DNA of 64,000 bases from the human T2T-CHM13v2.0 reference genome, Homo sapiens (GCF_009914755.1 NC_060929.1), one strand, 5' to 3'; numbered from the stretch's first letter, positions 30,268 through 53,233 are shown. Numbers and translations are program-made. The notes: generated by a model from the letters alone, not told the origin.

Positions 30268-30629
30268 ATTCAAATATTTAAAACGGACTGTCTCCTCTTC
30301 ACAAAAGTCTAGATCTGTAAAATAAAACTCCACTCAGCAAAACCTATGAATAACAAGTTCCAAAAGAGCAATGTTATATTCTAGAACAGTGTGAAGCTCA
30401 CTTACAGCTCAGCCAATTCCTCTAGAAACTAAGCTAGACTTGCCATGGTTTGCACTTCAAAGGCAATCACAAGAACTTAAATCATGACTGAATCTACTGA
30501 ATTTGTGATTTTGTTTTAACCAAACAGGTTTCTAATTCTTCAGGATTTTTCAGTCTGTTATGCTCAAAGGAATAAGAATAGTCTCTAGAGATTACCTGCT
30601 TAATTCTCATAGTTAATGTAAATTTGACA

Positions 30630-30738
30630 GCCCGGTAGTCCCAGCTGCTGGGAGAGGTTGAGCTGGGGATCCCTTAAGATCAGGAGTTTGAGGCCAGACT
30701 GGGAAATATAGCGAGACTCCATCTCTAAAAAAAAAAAA
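30630..30738 (+). mobile_element. FAM/FLAM-type Alu monomer
   Basis: gtagtcccagctgctgggag...aggagtttgaggccagactggg...gagactccatctct, then A tail. Confidence 0.75.
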
Positions 30739-31679
30739 ATTATGTAAATTTGATTACCTATATATGGGTGTTTTTCCTCTAATAATTTCAATTTCAGATA
30801 ATCTGTTACTTTAGAAAGCATAATTTTGTGAACAGCTGAGAGTCCCAGTACAGGAAAGCCCAAATCCTTTTGTTAAAACTATTCTAAAGCTTTTTTTCCT
30901 CTCGGGCTTCTAGTTCACTGGCTGTCAGCCTTTTGCGAGGCCTCTCCTGTTCCTCTCATCGATGGTAGTTTTTGACCCTCACTACTGTGTGGCCGTTTTG
31001 CTTTTTATCTACACATAAAACAGCATTTATCGACAGCAGTCTACATCTCTTTCAGGGAAATAACAAAAGTGGCTTTATCTTTTACTTTCAAAACTGGTTA
31101 GTGGTTTTCTTTGCAGGTTTCCCTGGGGCCTTTGGACTGGATTCCATTTTATTTTCCTTTTTATCAACACGAGAATCCGTCCTGGTCTTACATCCTGGAG
31201 GGCTTTTGGCTGCCTTAATTTACAGCCAAATTAGTTTGGCCTTTTCTATAGCTGGTTTACCAACCTTCTCATCTTTGCAAAGCTTCTGGGTCAGATGTGG
31301 GTCTGGGCCCCAGGACTCCTGTGTCGGCCTGACCTTTCACATAATCACTGCAGAGTTTTTCATCTATTTTTACATCACGGGGGCAGGGGAGTGGAAGCTA
31401 CTTCCAGCAACAGCTCTCGGTTAATAACCAGTTTCTGCAAGTAGCAGCAGCAGCAGCAGCGTAGGGTCACGGTTAGGAATTTGGGCTTGGGCATCCAAGA
31501 CTTGGCCCCAACTTCCAGTGAATTACTTCATTTCTCAGCTTCTCGGTTTCTTCAGGCCTAAAATGAGGACAAAAATACCTACCTTTCACGGAGGTGGATG
31601 TGGAGACTAACAAGGCGATAAATGTTAAAGGTATTCGAGAGAGAGAAGCCCGTGATAATGAATGACTACGATTTTTAAG

Positions 31680-32230
31680 CCCACAGCCAGGTTATTCCCA
31701 GAAGTTGGCCCTCCGCACCAGACCCCAGCAGCCCGCAGCCCGCCTCGGGCGAAAGGCCTCCCGGGCTCCTGCGGCGCAGCCGCGCTGACGACTTGTCGAG
31801 TAGCTCGCCGCCCTGGAGGAGCTGGGGGCTCGCGCAGGCGTCAGAGCCGGGCAGCGCGCGCCGCAAGACTAGCGCGCAAGCGCCGCGGCCTCAGGCGAAC
31901 GAACGGGCGGTGTAGTGCAGGTCCGCCATGGCTGAGGCGTCACGGTGGCACCGAGGCGGTGAGGGGTCCTCTTAAGGAGTGGGAGGGACAGGGGCGATTT
32001 GGCAGTTCCAGACACCCTGAAAGGAACTCTGCGGCCCCAAATTCGTTTGAGAGATGTGACTGCCGACACCTTTAGCCCTCACAGCCTCCCCTGGGGAAGC
32101 GGAGAGGGACAGATGGTCCCATTGCACAGACGGGAAAACTGAAGCCCTGAGCGAGGTGGCGCTCGCCTCTTGCCGGAGGCTCGAGCTGGGCGTTGTCACC
32201 TGTCGAGTGACCGTCGCTAGGCCGGTCTCT
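31680..32230. promoter_or_regulatory. PKD2L2: CpG island / likely bidirectional promoter of PKD2L2
   Basis: Dense CpG and GC-rich; GCGC-rich NRF1-like motifs; strong Kozak ccgccATGg at 31928. Confidence 0.88.
31928..31958 (+). CDS. PKD2L2: Polycystin-2-like 2 (TRPP channel) exon 1
   Basis: MAEASRWHRG G|gtgagg; 31 nt. Confidence 0.92.
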
Positions 32231-32438
32231 AAAGTCCTTGGTTGATCTGGGGAGTCGTGACCTTGACAGAATTCAAGCCGAGGTGTTTTTCCCCTGTCCA
32301 GCAGAAACCAGCCTTCCCAAGAAGCTGTATTGAGGGTGGAGAAAACGGTTAGGACAGATGAGAGGTTTTACTTGTTTCGTATTTTGCTTTTTCATCTTAA
32401 GACTGGCGAGAAGACATCATGATATAAAATCTGTTAGT

Positions 32439-32756
<318 letters not shown>

Positions 32757-32916
32757 TTATCCCTGCCTCGTAAAACTAAGAATTGAAAAATAGCCAGAAG
32801 CTATTGGAGCTTTCCTCCCCGCAGTGTAAGGACTAAAAGTGGCTGTGGTTTTTCCATTGTTGTCACTTATAAATTACATAATAATGTAAAGAAAAATTTT
32901 GTCTTATATCTCACAG

Positions 32917-33018
32917 GGGCTTCGAAACATAAGTTGCATTACAGAAAGGAAGTAGAAATTACAACCACACTTCAGGAATTGTTACTCTACTTTATTTTTT
33001 TAATAAACCTATGTATAT
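32917..33018 (+). CDS. PKD2L2: PKD2L2 exon 2 (S1)
   Basis: cacag|(G)ASKHKLHYRKEVEITTTLQELLLYFIFLINLCI|gtaagt; 102 nt. Confidence 0.95.
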
Positions 33019-33747
33019 GTAAGTACACAGATATAAAGATGCTGTTTGTTTGAACTAAGAAGTTAAAATGTGGAGATGAAAAATAAAACATACAAACTTC
33101 AAAACCACAGGCTGTCAGGCTACTAAAACTCAAAATACAGTGACACGTTTAAACATAATCTTAAATTCATTTAGATTCATTTCATTTAGAAATTGACTAT
33201 TTTCAGTTCTTAAGGGGCAAAATTTTACATCGCAAATGTAAGAAGCTTCCATAGTCAATACTGACTGAATTAGAATTATTCCTTTCATTTGGCAGTTCTG
33301 TCTTGAGCATAATTCATCCCTTGGGTTGGCAACTGCAATTTGATTTTGTTTAGAGTCATATAGACACATCAGGTGAGTTTCATAAATCAAAGTACAAATG
33401 AGGCCAAAGTTCATCTTGGTGTCTGCCATTAGCTTGGTTCTTTTCACTGACCTATTGCAGTTAAAAAAATAGTTTGTGCTGAGTCAATGCAAATAATTAA
33501 GGAGGACTGGGAAAACATCTCAACCTGCATTCCTCCTACCTGTGGGTCAATAGCATTGGCTTAATATGCAAAGAGGAGTATTAAAGAGCATTTGTCGATG
33601 GCACCCAACATAACAGTAGATGAAAGCTCACTGGCAGTATTGTCTCATGTTGGTATGTGCTACACACTGGCAATTGTATAGCAATTAAGTAATTAATTGG
33701 TGTTGTAGGGGTGAGTTTGAGTCTGCTCTTGATTGAAAAGACAACTA

Positions 33748-34420
33748 TAAAATTAGCCAGGTGTGGTGGCACACCCCTGTAGTCCTAGCTACTGAGAAGG
33801 CTGAGGTGGAGGATTGCTTGAGCACAGGAGGTCGAGGCTGCAGTGAACTGTGATTGCAACGACTGCACTTCAGCCTGGGTGACAGGCTGAGACCCTGTCC
33901 CAAGGAAAAAAAAAAAAAAGATAACTGTAGGCAACTTTATAAATTAAGATATCTTAGACTGCTTTATAAAAGCTTGGTTATGAAAACTACATGCTTACTA
34001 CAGAACATTTGGAAAATGTAAAAATGTAAGTAAAAAGATCATTTATAATCCCATTATTCAGAGATTTTTAAAGAACACTTTTTTTAATATAATACAGCAA
34101 CCTGAATCTCCATTTATAATGTGATTTTTTTTCTTTTTTTTTTCTTTTTTGAGACAGTCTCGCTCTGTCACCCAGGCTGGAGTACAGTGGCTCACTGCAA
34201 CCTCCACCTCCTGAGTTCAAGCGATTCTCCTGCCTCAGCCTCCGGAGTAGCTGGGATTACAGGCCTGTGCCACCACGCCCGGCTAATTTTGTATGTTTTT
34301 AGTAGAGACAGGGTTTTCACCATGTTGGTCAGTCTGGTCTCGAACTCCTGATCTCAGGTGATCCACCCACCTCAGCCTCCCAAAGTTCTGGGATTATGGG
34401 TGCAACACCACGCCCCGCCA
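33748..34420. mobile_element. Alu right monomer (+ 33748-33919) and antisense AluS (34125-34420)
   Basis: Alu sequence. Confidence 0.88.
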
Positions 34421-34915
34421 CTAGTTAATATTTTTAAAAACTCATCATGTGCCAAAACACAGTTTAAAATGTTCTGTGTGCATCATCTCACTTCTCACAA
34501 CAAAACTAGGGGGTAAGAGATACTATCCCTGTGATGGGACTCACACCCTTATCTGTCTGAATTCAAAGTCCATGTAACCTTAACCACTCACCATACTATA
34601 TTGCCTTACTCTCATGTAGAGAAAAAGTCAACTTGCAGAATAGTGTGTATAATGTGTCCTCATTTTTGTAAAGATAAAATTATTTTCTTTATAAATGTGT
34701 ATGCATAAAGAAATGTCTGAAGAATATTTGCCAAACTAATTCTAGAAACCACATCCTACTTTTTATATTTCTAGTTTAGATTTTTTAAATTATTACTTTT
34801 ATAATTAGATTAATAAAGTTTAATTTTCAAAATTGAGAAAAAAATGTAACATTTTTAATCCTGATAAGCTGAGTTTTTAAATGTAAATTATTAAACAAAA
34901 AATTATTCTCCTTAG

Positions 34916-35049
34916 TGACTTTTGGGATGGTAAACCCACATATGTATTACTTAAACAAGGTTATGTCATCTCTATTTTTGGACACTTCTGTGCCTGGTGA
35001 AGAAAGAACCAACTTTAAGTCCATTCGCAGCATAACTGATTTTTGGAAG
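34916..35049 (+). CDS. PKD2L2: PKD2L2 exon 3
   Basis: cttag|(L)TFGMVNPHMYYLNKVMSSLFLD...FKSIRSITDFWK|gtaaag; 134 nt. Confidence 0.97.
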
Positions 35050-35233
35050 GTAAAGTATCTTGTGACTGTGGATGAAGTAGATTTAGGTAGTCCATGAACC
35101 CTTGGCATACACAGTGGGCACTCAATGAATATCTTTTGAAGAAATGAATAAAAATAAATGTCATTTCTTTAAACTATTAGAAACAACCAACCAGTAAGTG
35201 TTTTTGAGAGCCTGTGTTCTCAGTTTGATACTA

Positions 35234-35514
<281 letters not shown>

Positions 35515-36788
35515 TTTTTTTTGATTTTTTTAGACATTCTCATTTCATTTGTTAAATAGAAGACTTGCATCTACTATGTGAGGGTTAGGATCTAGTCTAT
35601 AATTGTGTATAGTGAAATTTACTTTTAAAAATTTCTTTAATTGCCCAGAAAGTGTAATATATGTGGTTTTGGCATAAAACCTTTACTGTTTATATGTGTT
35701 ACAGTAAGGTACAGTATATAATAAAATTTATATATAAGAATATAATTTCATGGTGTTTTTACTTACGTAAGGGAATCATTCCTTCAGCAGTGGAATAGAC
35801 TTGCTTTTTCCATTACATTTAACATAGCAACATGCTCACATTATGAAGAAAGAACAGTTAAGGGGACAGCAGTTTCAGCTATCCCAGGTCACAAAACCTG
35901 GCATATGCACATTGGGGCATATAAGGACAAGGCAGAGAACGCTTCCAGTGGTGATGACAATTTAGTTGCATTTTGAAGCATGAATCAGGGATGGGTATTT
36001 TAGGAAGAAGGAACAATATGTTCTATAAGTAATTCTACATGTGGAGCTATGTTTGGTATTGTGAGCATATGGAAGATGAGGTGGAAAAGACCAAATTATG
36101 AATTGGACAGAGTTCATATCATGAATGCTGTGCAGGAATTTGAAACTTATCAAGGAGACACGGTCATTTCCTGGAAGAGGGCAAGTGTGAGATGAGGGCT
36201 AAATGATCCTAGACGGTTGGTTTAGGCTAGGTGAAATAGGAAACAATAATAAAAGAGGTGGAGGTCACCTTGCCACTTTGTTATTGTGTTTTCTGAAGCA
36301 TGTATGTGGCCAATGGCAGAGAAGACAAAGGGAGGAAGTAAATGAACCCTGGGCTTGGGTTCATCTTAGAACGATCAGCAAGGGCCAGAGCCAGGAGTAG
36401 CAGGCACCATGGCCAGAGTCGGGGAGGAGGGTTGGGAGGAGGGGTACAGACAACTTTGGAGTGAAATCATGATGTGTGGCTATGACCAGCTCTGATACTC
36501 ATGTATTGGAAGAAAATTTTCGATTTACTCATATAAGGAGAGAAGAAGGGCTATGGGATTCCATAAGTTAATGCTTGTAAAGTGCTTAGAGCAGTGCCTA
36601 GTACACAGTACGTGCTTAATGAGTGTTAACCATCCACAGTAGCTTCATTAGCATTACCATTACCATTAATGGTAGCTTGGTCAATAGTTTGATTTTCATA
36701 CTCAAAATCTCTTATGCATAATGTTATGAATGTAGATTCTGTTGACATGAAAATATTTTTCCCATGACATTTGTTTTTCTCTGTGGAG

Positions 36789-37045
36789 TTTATGGAAGGA
36801 CCCCTTTTGGAAGGTCTGTACTGGGATTCATGGTACAATAACCAGCAGCTGTATAATTTAAAGAACAGCAGTCGCATCTACTATGAAAATATACTTCTAG
36901 GAGTTCCCAGAGTTCGTCAACTAAAAGTCCGCAACAACACATGCAAAGTCTATTCATCTTTTCAGTCTTTGATGAGTGAATGTTATGGCAAATATACTTC
37001 TGCAAATGAAGACCTCTCTAATTTTGGCCTTCAAATTAATACTGA
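36789..37045 (+). CDS. PKD2L2: PKD2L2 exon 4 (polycystin/TOP domain)
   Basis: tgtggag|FMEGPLLEGLYWDSWYN...YENILLGVPRVRQLKVRNNTC...NT(E)|gtaagt; 257 nt. Confidence 0.96.
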
Positions 37046-37548
37046 GTAAGTAGCATAAAATTATACTGTAACTTTTTCTAGCATTTACTGTTGTATCTTT
37101 TAGATATGTGTCTTCCAAGTAACACCAGCTGGGTCCTGGAAGGGTAAGGAAACTGTTTCAACAATAGTAAAAAAGGAAGATGTGGAGATAGCAGTGTTTA
37201 GAAAAGGAAGGGTGAACCTATTATTTTTTGTTTACTTTAGGATGCAAAGTGTTTTCTTTTTTCTGACTTTGGTATATGAACTGCTTAGTCATATTGGACA
37301 CAGGGCAAAGCATCCATTTTTGCTTCTAAAATGGTCAATTAATCTGCTTTTCTGGCTGTGGCTAGATGCCCACAACACATCCCCAAGACAATCTGGGATC
37401 CTTAGTGGGTGTCTTAGGTGTGCTCTGTCACTTTCCTCCTCTCTCATTCTGGCTTCCTTCAGTGATTTTTTTCTGTTGCTGCCCCTACTAAAATGGGGCA
37501 GTTATGCTCTACAGGGACTGCATCTGATGATGCTTTACAAAGATGCTA

Positions 37549-41859
<4,311 letters not shown>

Positions 41860-41942
41860 TGAACCAAAGATCGATTTAAATTCTTAGAATACTTCTCAGT
41901 TGGGCTTTGTCATTTCACCATTATTCTTTTTATGTGTAACAG

Positions 41943-42164
41943 ATGGAGATATTCTACTTCTAATACCAACTCCCCTTGGCACTGGGGATTTCTTGGTGTT
42001 TACCGAAATGGGGGATACATTTTCACTTTATCAAAATCGAAATCTGAAACCAAAAACAAGTTCATTGACCTTCGACTGAACAGCTGGATCACAAGAGGGA
42101 CTAGAGTTATTTTTATTGATTTTTCCTTATATAATGCTAATGTAAATCTATTTTGTATTATCAG
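41943..42164 (+). CDS. PKD2L2: PKD2L2 exon 5
   Basis: aacag|WRYSTSNTNSPWHWGFLGVYRNGGY...WITRGTRVIFIDFSLYNANVNLFCII(R)|gtgagt; 222 nt. Confidence 0.97.
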
Positions 42165-42229
42165 GTGAGTGACTCAAAACTTTTTTTCATAGACAGTGGT
42201 CAATGGCCTACAAAACTTCTTTATTAGTA

Positions 42230-44960
<2,731 letters not shown>

Positions 44961-45039
44961 TTTTTTTTTAGTCTGAGTCTCACTCTGTTGCCCAGGCTGG
45001 AGTGCAGTGAGCTTGGCCTGGCATAAATCAATTAGCATG

Positions 45040-45855
45040 GTCCATGTTAGGGAGGTGACCTAAGGTAACCCAATTAGACTAATGGGAATAATTTTTTTTT
45101 CTCTTTGGTTGGTGCTATCTCTTTAGTGACATCAATGACATATAATCACAGTTGCTGCTTGTACACAGACATCTTGGGGAAGCGTAAGATACTAAGCTAA
45201 CACAAAGGAGGGCAAAACTGAAGCCATCTCAAAGAAATGGAGCTAGATCTGTTAACTTACCACAAATGGTGTCTGCTGTATCTCTGAAACTGCTGCTATG
45301 TGACAGAAATAAATTTCTTTGTTGTTTAAACCAATTTAAGTTGGGGTTTTTGGTTACAACCAAAAGTCTCCTAAATGATTCAGAGGTAAATTGCTGAGGC
45401 CCAAGTTGGGTCTTGTATCTAGCTTTTCCTAGGTAACAAACCACCTCCAAGTGTAGTGGCTTACAATAAATATTTCTCATGTGTTTACAGAGTTCAGTTG
45501 ATCCAGCTGGGCTTGACTGATCTCTGTTAGGCTTGCCAATATAGCTGCCATTTGGCAGGACCCACACATGCGTCTTTAAGTTGGTTCTGCTCTACATGTA
45601 TCTCATCCGTCTTCTGGGTCCAAGTTAGCCCAGGCATGTCTTTCTCATGGCAGTTGTAGAGGTCCCAAAGAGCAAGTTCTAATGTACAAACTCATTTCAA
45701 GTTTCTGCTTGCATCATATTTGTTAACATCCCATTGGCCAAAGAAATTCATGTGTTTGAGTCCAGCATCAAGGGCTGGGGCAGTACACCCTCTCCTGGGT
45801 GACAGGCCAGGCAAAAAGATGTGAAGAACTATAGCTATTTTTGCAATATACCACA
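45040..45855. mobile_element. Two MaLR (MLT1-type) LTR fragments in opposite orientation
   Basis: aataaatttctttgttgtttaaacca (about 45310) and aacaaaccacctccaagtgtagtggcttac (about 45435). Confidence 0.6.
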
Positions 45856-46169
45856 GGCTCTAACATTTCTGGGATGCTGGCTGCTATTACACATTGAAAT
45901 TTAAATTGTTCATTCTTGAGACAAAAATTGGTAACTTAATAAAGAAGCCATTCTGAAAGGAAACCAACAGATTTTAATGATCTGATTACAGGAGGAAATT
46001 ATCGAGACTAAATGATAGCTCTTTGTAGCTGCAGAAAGACAAGAAATGAGACTACATATTCTTAAACATATAAAACTAACATATTGTATGTAATCTACAT
46101 GTTCCTAAATAAATTTTGAAATAATAAAACAATGTGATGTTACTTTTCCACATTGACAGTAGAACTACA

Positions 46170-47200
46170 TTTTTTATTTTTTTATTTTTAATTTAATTTT
46201 TGAGATGGAGTCTAGCTTGTTGCCCAGGCTGGAGTACAGTGGCATGATCTCAGCTCACTGCAACCTCTGCTTCCTGGGTTCAAGTGATTCTACTGCCTCA
46301 ACCTCCTGAGTATCTGGGATTACAGGCATGTACCACCACACCCAGCTACTTTTTGTATTTTAGTAGAGACGGGGTTTCGCCATGTTGGCCAGGCTGGTTT
46401 CGAACTCCTGACCTCAGGCGATCCACCCGCCTTGGCCTCCCAAAGTGCTGGGATTACAGACGTGAGCCACCCCGCCCAGCCTACGTTGTATTTATTTTAA
46501 ACCTTATGATTTTAATCTCAGCACAAGCATGAACAAATTAAAAACCCTATTAAGGGTTTATACCTCCTTCATTGGTGGGTTCAGATATGAGGGCTTCGGA
46601 TGTTTTTTAAATTCAATATATAGTTGATCTTCAAACAACATGGGAGTCAGAATCAAGCACTAGCAAAGGATTTGCTCTAGAATCAAACACTTAGCAAAGG
46701 ATTACCATGATTGGATCTGCCTGGGGATTTAATCAGCTTCCACTAAGTGATCTGGGGATGGGCGAAAGACTGAATTCAATTAAGATTCTGTTAGAAAAAA
46801 ATGGAATAATGACTGCTAAAGAGGCAAACAACAGTGTCTACTATACACCATCTAATACTATGCCATAAAAAGAATGCGATCATATCCTTTGCAGGGACAT
46901 GGATGGAGCTGGAGGCCATCATCCTTAGCAAACTAACACAGGAACAGAAAACCAAATACTGCATGTTCTCATAAGTGGGAACTAAATAATAAGAACACAT
47001 GGACAGAAAAGGGGGAACAACAGACACTGGGGCCTACTTGATGGAGGAGGGTGGGAAGGAAGAGGTTCAGAAAAAAACTGTCAGGAAGTACGCTTAGTAC
47101 CCAGGTGAAAAAATAATCTGTACACCAAACCCTCAAGTCGCAAGTTTACCTATATAACAAACCTGCACATGCACCCCTGAACCTAAAAGTTAAAAAAAAT
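46170..47200. mobile_element. Antisense AluS (46170-46481) and L1PA 3' end (+ 46845-47200)
   Basis: L1 tcctttgcagggacatggatggagctggaggcc...aacctgcacatgcacccctgaacctaaaag. Confidence 0.9.
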
Positions 47201-48631
47201 TTACTTTAAATCAGTGAGCCATTTTTCTCTCGTAAGTCTTACATTTTTTCCTGAATGGAATATGGAATTGGAGTTTAGGGGATTTTGCTCCCCGTGCAAC
47301 AGGGAGAGTGAAACACACCATGGCCTTTAAAATATGTAAAAATGAATAAAACAAATAAACTGCCTTAAGCAGCCAATGGATATTATACCTTTTATTTTAA
47401 AGTTCTCTCAGAAAATCAGAGCTTTTTACCAACTTCATTCACCCTTCCCAACAGTCCTGATCAGGATAACATGAAGAGTACAAATTATTTTTATGTTCTA
47501 AACAAGAATGGAAGCATTGAGGTAACTGGCTTTAAGTCACATGAAGAAGCCCTTGTAATATAAGATTAAGTCCAGATTTCCTCTCTGAAAGTTTTATGCT
47601 TATTCTGTTACCTTTTAAAATGTTATTTTTTAGAAACTTCAGCAGACTTTGAAACTGTTAACTGGCGTATCTAATCAGTAGTTGTGTAGATGCATATTAC
47701 TTACACCTTATCCGTTTATTTTCGTTTTTGTACAATTATCAGGCAAACTAAACAGAGTATTAATTTTTCCTTTTTTGATTAGTCTACACTTCAGATCATA
47801 ATATTGAGTTTCCTTCACTTCACTCACTGCCTAGTATGTGTAAGATGTAAGTTTTATTTGTTAACTGAGGTTTTGTTTTTGTTGTTTTGGGAGCACCTTA
47901 TAAGAGTACCAACATTTGCTAATATCTTTAGTAGGAATAATTAAATTGTAATATTGTGATAGAAATGCTGGTTCCTCAAATTGCCACCAATTCTTAATTA
48001 TCAGAAGTTGTGGAGAACACCAGAGATACAGTGAACCTCAAAATCTTTTTATATGTAGTGTTGAATTTAATTTTTATACTTCTGTTTGCATATAGATCTT
48101 TGTATCCGCATCCAACAGAAAACATTTGCTTTAGTAGAATATGTGACCTTGACATTTAGAAGCAAGAAGCATTTCTGATAATCTAAAGAGGGAGAATGTA
48201 TGTCCTCCCTCTGAAGTATTCAAAAATTATGTATATTGGGGAAGAGTTTTAACTAATAACAGTAACTAACAGTATAGCATTTTCTTGAACATATCATTCT
48301 CCTGTGGACATAAATTATATTCCCAGTTATGAACAAGCAAGCTGAACACAAAATAGAATGAATGTCTGAAAAAAAAATCACAACTTGCTTTCTCATTTAC
48401 ATTGGTCTTTGACCACTGTGAATATTCAGGTATAGAAAAAGTGGAGCCACTATGAAATAGGTAAATCTAGAAGATGTTTAAATTGAACCCATTTCCCCAA
48501 GGAAAAATACTTTATTAAAAAAAACTGATTATCATTAAAGCATACATAATCATTGATTGAAAATTTCACATTAAGTACTGAAATATAAATGCCTGAAATG
48601 AACAGTTGCTTTCACAAACCTGATTTTACAG

Positions 48632-48860
48632 ATTGGTGGCAGAATTCCCTGCAACTGGAGGAATACTTACTTCATGGCAGTTTTACTCTGTGAAGCTCCT
48701 CAGATATGTTAGCTACTATGACTATTTTATTGCTTCCTGTGAAATCACATTCTGTATTTTTCTTTTTGTCTTCACAACACAAGAAGTCAAAAAAATAAAA
48801 GAATTTAAGTCTGCCTATTTCAAAAGTATTTGGAACTGGCTAGAATTGCTACTTTTGCTG
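48632..48860 (+). CDS. PKD2L2: PKD2L2 exon 6 (S2-S3)
   Basis: tacag|LVAEFPATGGILTSWQFYSVKLLRYV...YFKSIWNWLELLLLL|gtgagt; 229 nt. Confidence 0.97.
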
Positions 48861-50167
48861 GTGAGTATATATTCATGTGTATGGTTGAAGGGGATCACAT
48901 CTGAACCTACCAATGAAGGAGGTGTAAAAAGACAGAATCTTCTATTCATCCAGGACTTATTTTGAAAGCTACAAGTATCAAACATAAAATGTACTGGGAA
49001 TAGTACTACTAATGGGTGCCTCCAAAAGGGAGAGATCTATTTTTTTCTGATTTGGTCCTTGGGAGGGTCAGCGTAAACCTACAGGGAAAGGTGATTCCAG
49101 AAATATTACGCTTTAATGTGCACAGTAGGCCTCCCTACCCCCACTTAAAAAATGTATTACTTACAGGGCCTTGAGTTTCACCAGTCACGGGTCTTTGGGG
49201 GCAAGGTTGTTTAAAATAATCTATGTTGCCTAAATCTGTTTTCCTTCTCATAATAAATTTTGAAAAAATAGACAAAAGACAAGGCTAAGCAGAATACTGA
49301 CAGGGGTGAGCAGCCAGAGGAGACCTTATGAGTCCAGAGGGCACCAGGTTTGGGGAAATAGTCCCTGAAAGAAACACCAAAGACCATCAGTTCTAGTCAA
49401 TGAAATGCACTGAAATAAACAGAGATTTAGGCAGGCCGAGACAAATGTTAAGAGTTTGGTCTTAGGAACAAAGAACCAATGTTTCTGGCTTATACAATCT
49501 GATCTTTCACCCTTATTGGCCCTTAATTATAGCCAATCAAGTATTTAAGCCTTGTTTCCCAAAAACAGATTGAAGGTTTCTGAGAGTCAGAAAGCATGCC
49601 ACCTACCTCTCTGGTAACTCCACTAATATCTTACAAAGGACATAACATTAAATGTTTATTTGAGCATTTGAGGCAAGAAAAGTCAAAGGAAAATTTTCAT
49701 GTCAGTTATAAAACTCTGATAGCTAAAACAACCTGGTTCTGAAATACTCTTTTAAAGGGTTGTTAAAAGGTTCCAGAAGGTTTTATTTTTTGTAATTGTA
49801 AATTGTTTCTTGTAGTGTTACACGGTAGAAAATGTTTAGCTTTTAAGTATTATGTAGAGCAAAAATCCTTATGGCCTCAGAGTTACATAATCATTTTATA
49901 CATTTGTGCTTTATGACGCAAAGAAACAAAGATTTAGATAGGTTAGGATGGCCAAGCAATTAATATTTTTCAACTTTATAATAATTAATGCTACCTTAAA
50001 CTTGTATAAGTTGAGGGTAATTTCCATTTATGTAAAAGCATATGTCCTATCTTTCCTTCCCTCTTTGTTAAACTTTTGATGAACTTTTTTTGTGTTTCCT
50101 CATAGGCTGTAAGATATTTAGAGGTAGAGATATTCTCTAATTTAACCCTTCTTATTTTCCCATTTAG

Positions 50168-50338
50168 TTGTGTTTTGTGGCTGTTTCCTTCAACACATAC
50201 TATAATGTACAAATTTTTCTCTTACTTGGACAGCTGTTGAAAAGTACTGAAAAATATTCAGATTTCTATTTTCTTGCATGCTGGCACATTTATTACAATA
50301 ATATAATTGCTATTACCATCTTTTTTGCATGGATAAAG
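50168..50338 (+). CDS. PKD2L2: PKD2L2 exon 7 (S3-S4)
   Basis: ttag|LCFVAVSFNTYYNV...YNNIIAITIFFAWIK|gtattt; 171 nt. Confidence 0.97.
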
Positions 50339-50458
50339 GTATTTATATTTCATTATATTACATAATACAAGCAGTGTAATAGCATAATGAAAAATTAAAC
50401 TAAAAAGCCATGGGGAAAAAAGATTTTTTCAATTATTAAGTAATTTTAAAAGTAGTTT

Positions 50459-51078
<620 letters not shown>

Positions 51079-51190
51079 TTATCATTAAATATCTCCTTTA
51101 ATTCGAAGCAGAATTCTTCTGAAATTAATTTATTCTAAGTAATTTCATCTTTGATATTCTCCTATTTCAATTAACTTTGTTCTTTTTCAG

Positions 51191-51372
51191 ATATTCAAAT
51201 TCATAAGCTTTAACAAGACAATGTCTCAGCTGTCATCAACCTTGTCCCGTTGTATTAAAGACATAGTAGGATTTGCCATCATGTTTTTTATAATATTCTT
51301 TGCTTATGCCCAGTTAGGATTTCTTGTTTTTGGATCACAAGTTGATGACTTTTCCACTTTTCAGAATTCCAT
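51191..51372 (+). CDS. PKD2L2: PKD2L2 exon 8 (S4-S5 linker, S5, pore start); gene continues beyond the window
   Basis: ttcag|[60 protein letters not shown]|gtaagc; 182 nt. Confidence 0.97.
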
Positions 51373-51499
51373 GTAAGCTCTTAGTATAAATGTAATTATA
51401 TCTTCTATATTTTCTTACAAAAAAAATTGGAAAGGTCTAACCTTCTATGATAAGTAGTAATATAAGCTTTAATATATTTAAACTTAGTTTGATATTTTC

Positions 51500-53233
<1,734 letters not shown>

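Noticed and set aside
30972-31424. 150-aa hydrophobic + strand ORF
   Set aside because: TTG start, no recognisable homology; Phe/Leu richness is explained as the antisense shadow of an A-rich minus-strand segment.
31662-32199. Arg/Ala/Gly-rich ORFs over the CpG island
   Set aside because: Stop-poor GC-rich DNA; the true start is ccgccATGg at 31928 in another frame.
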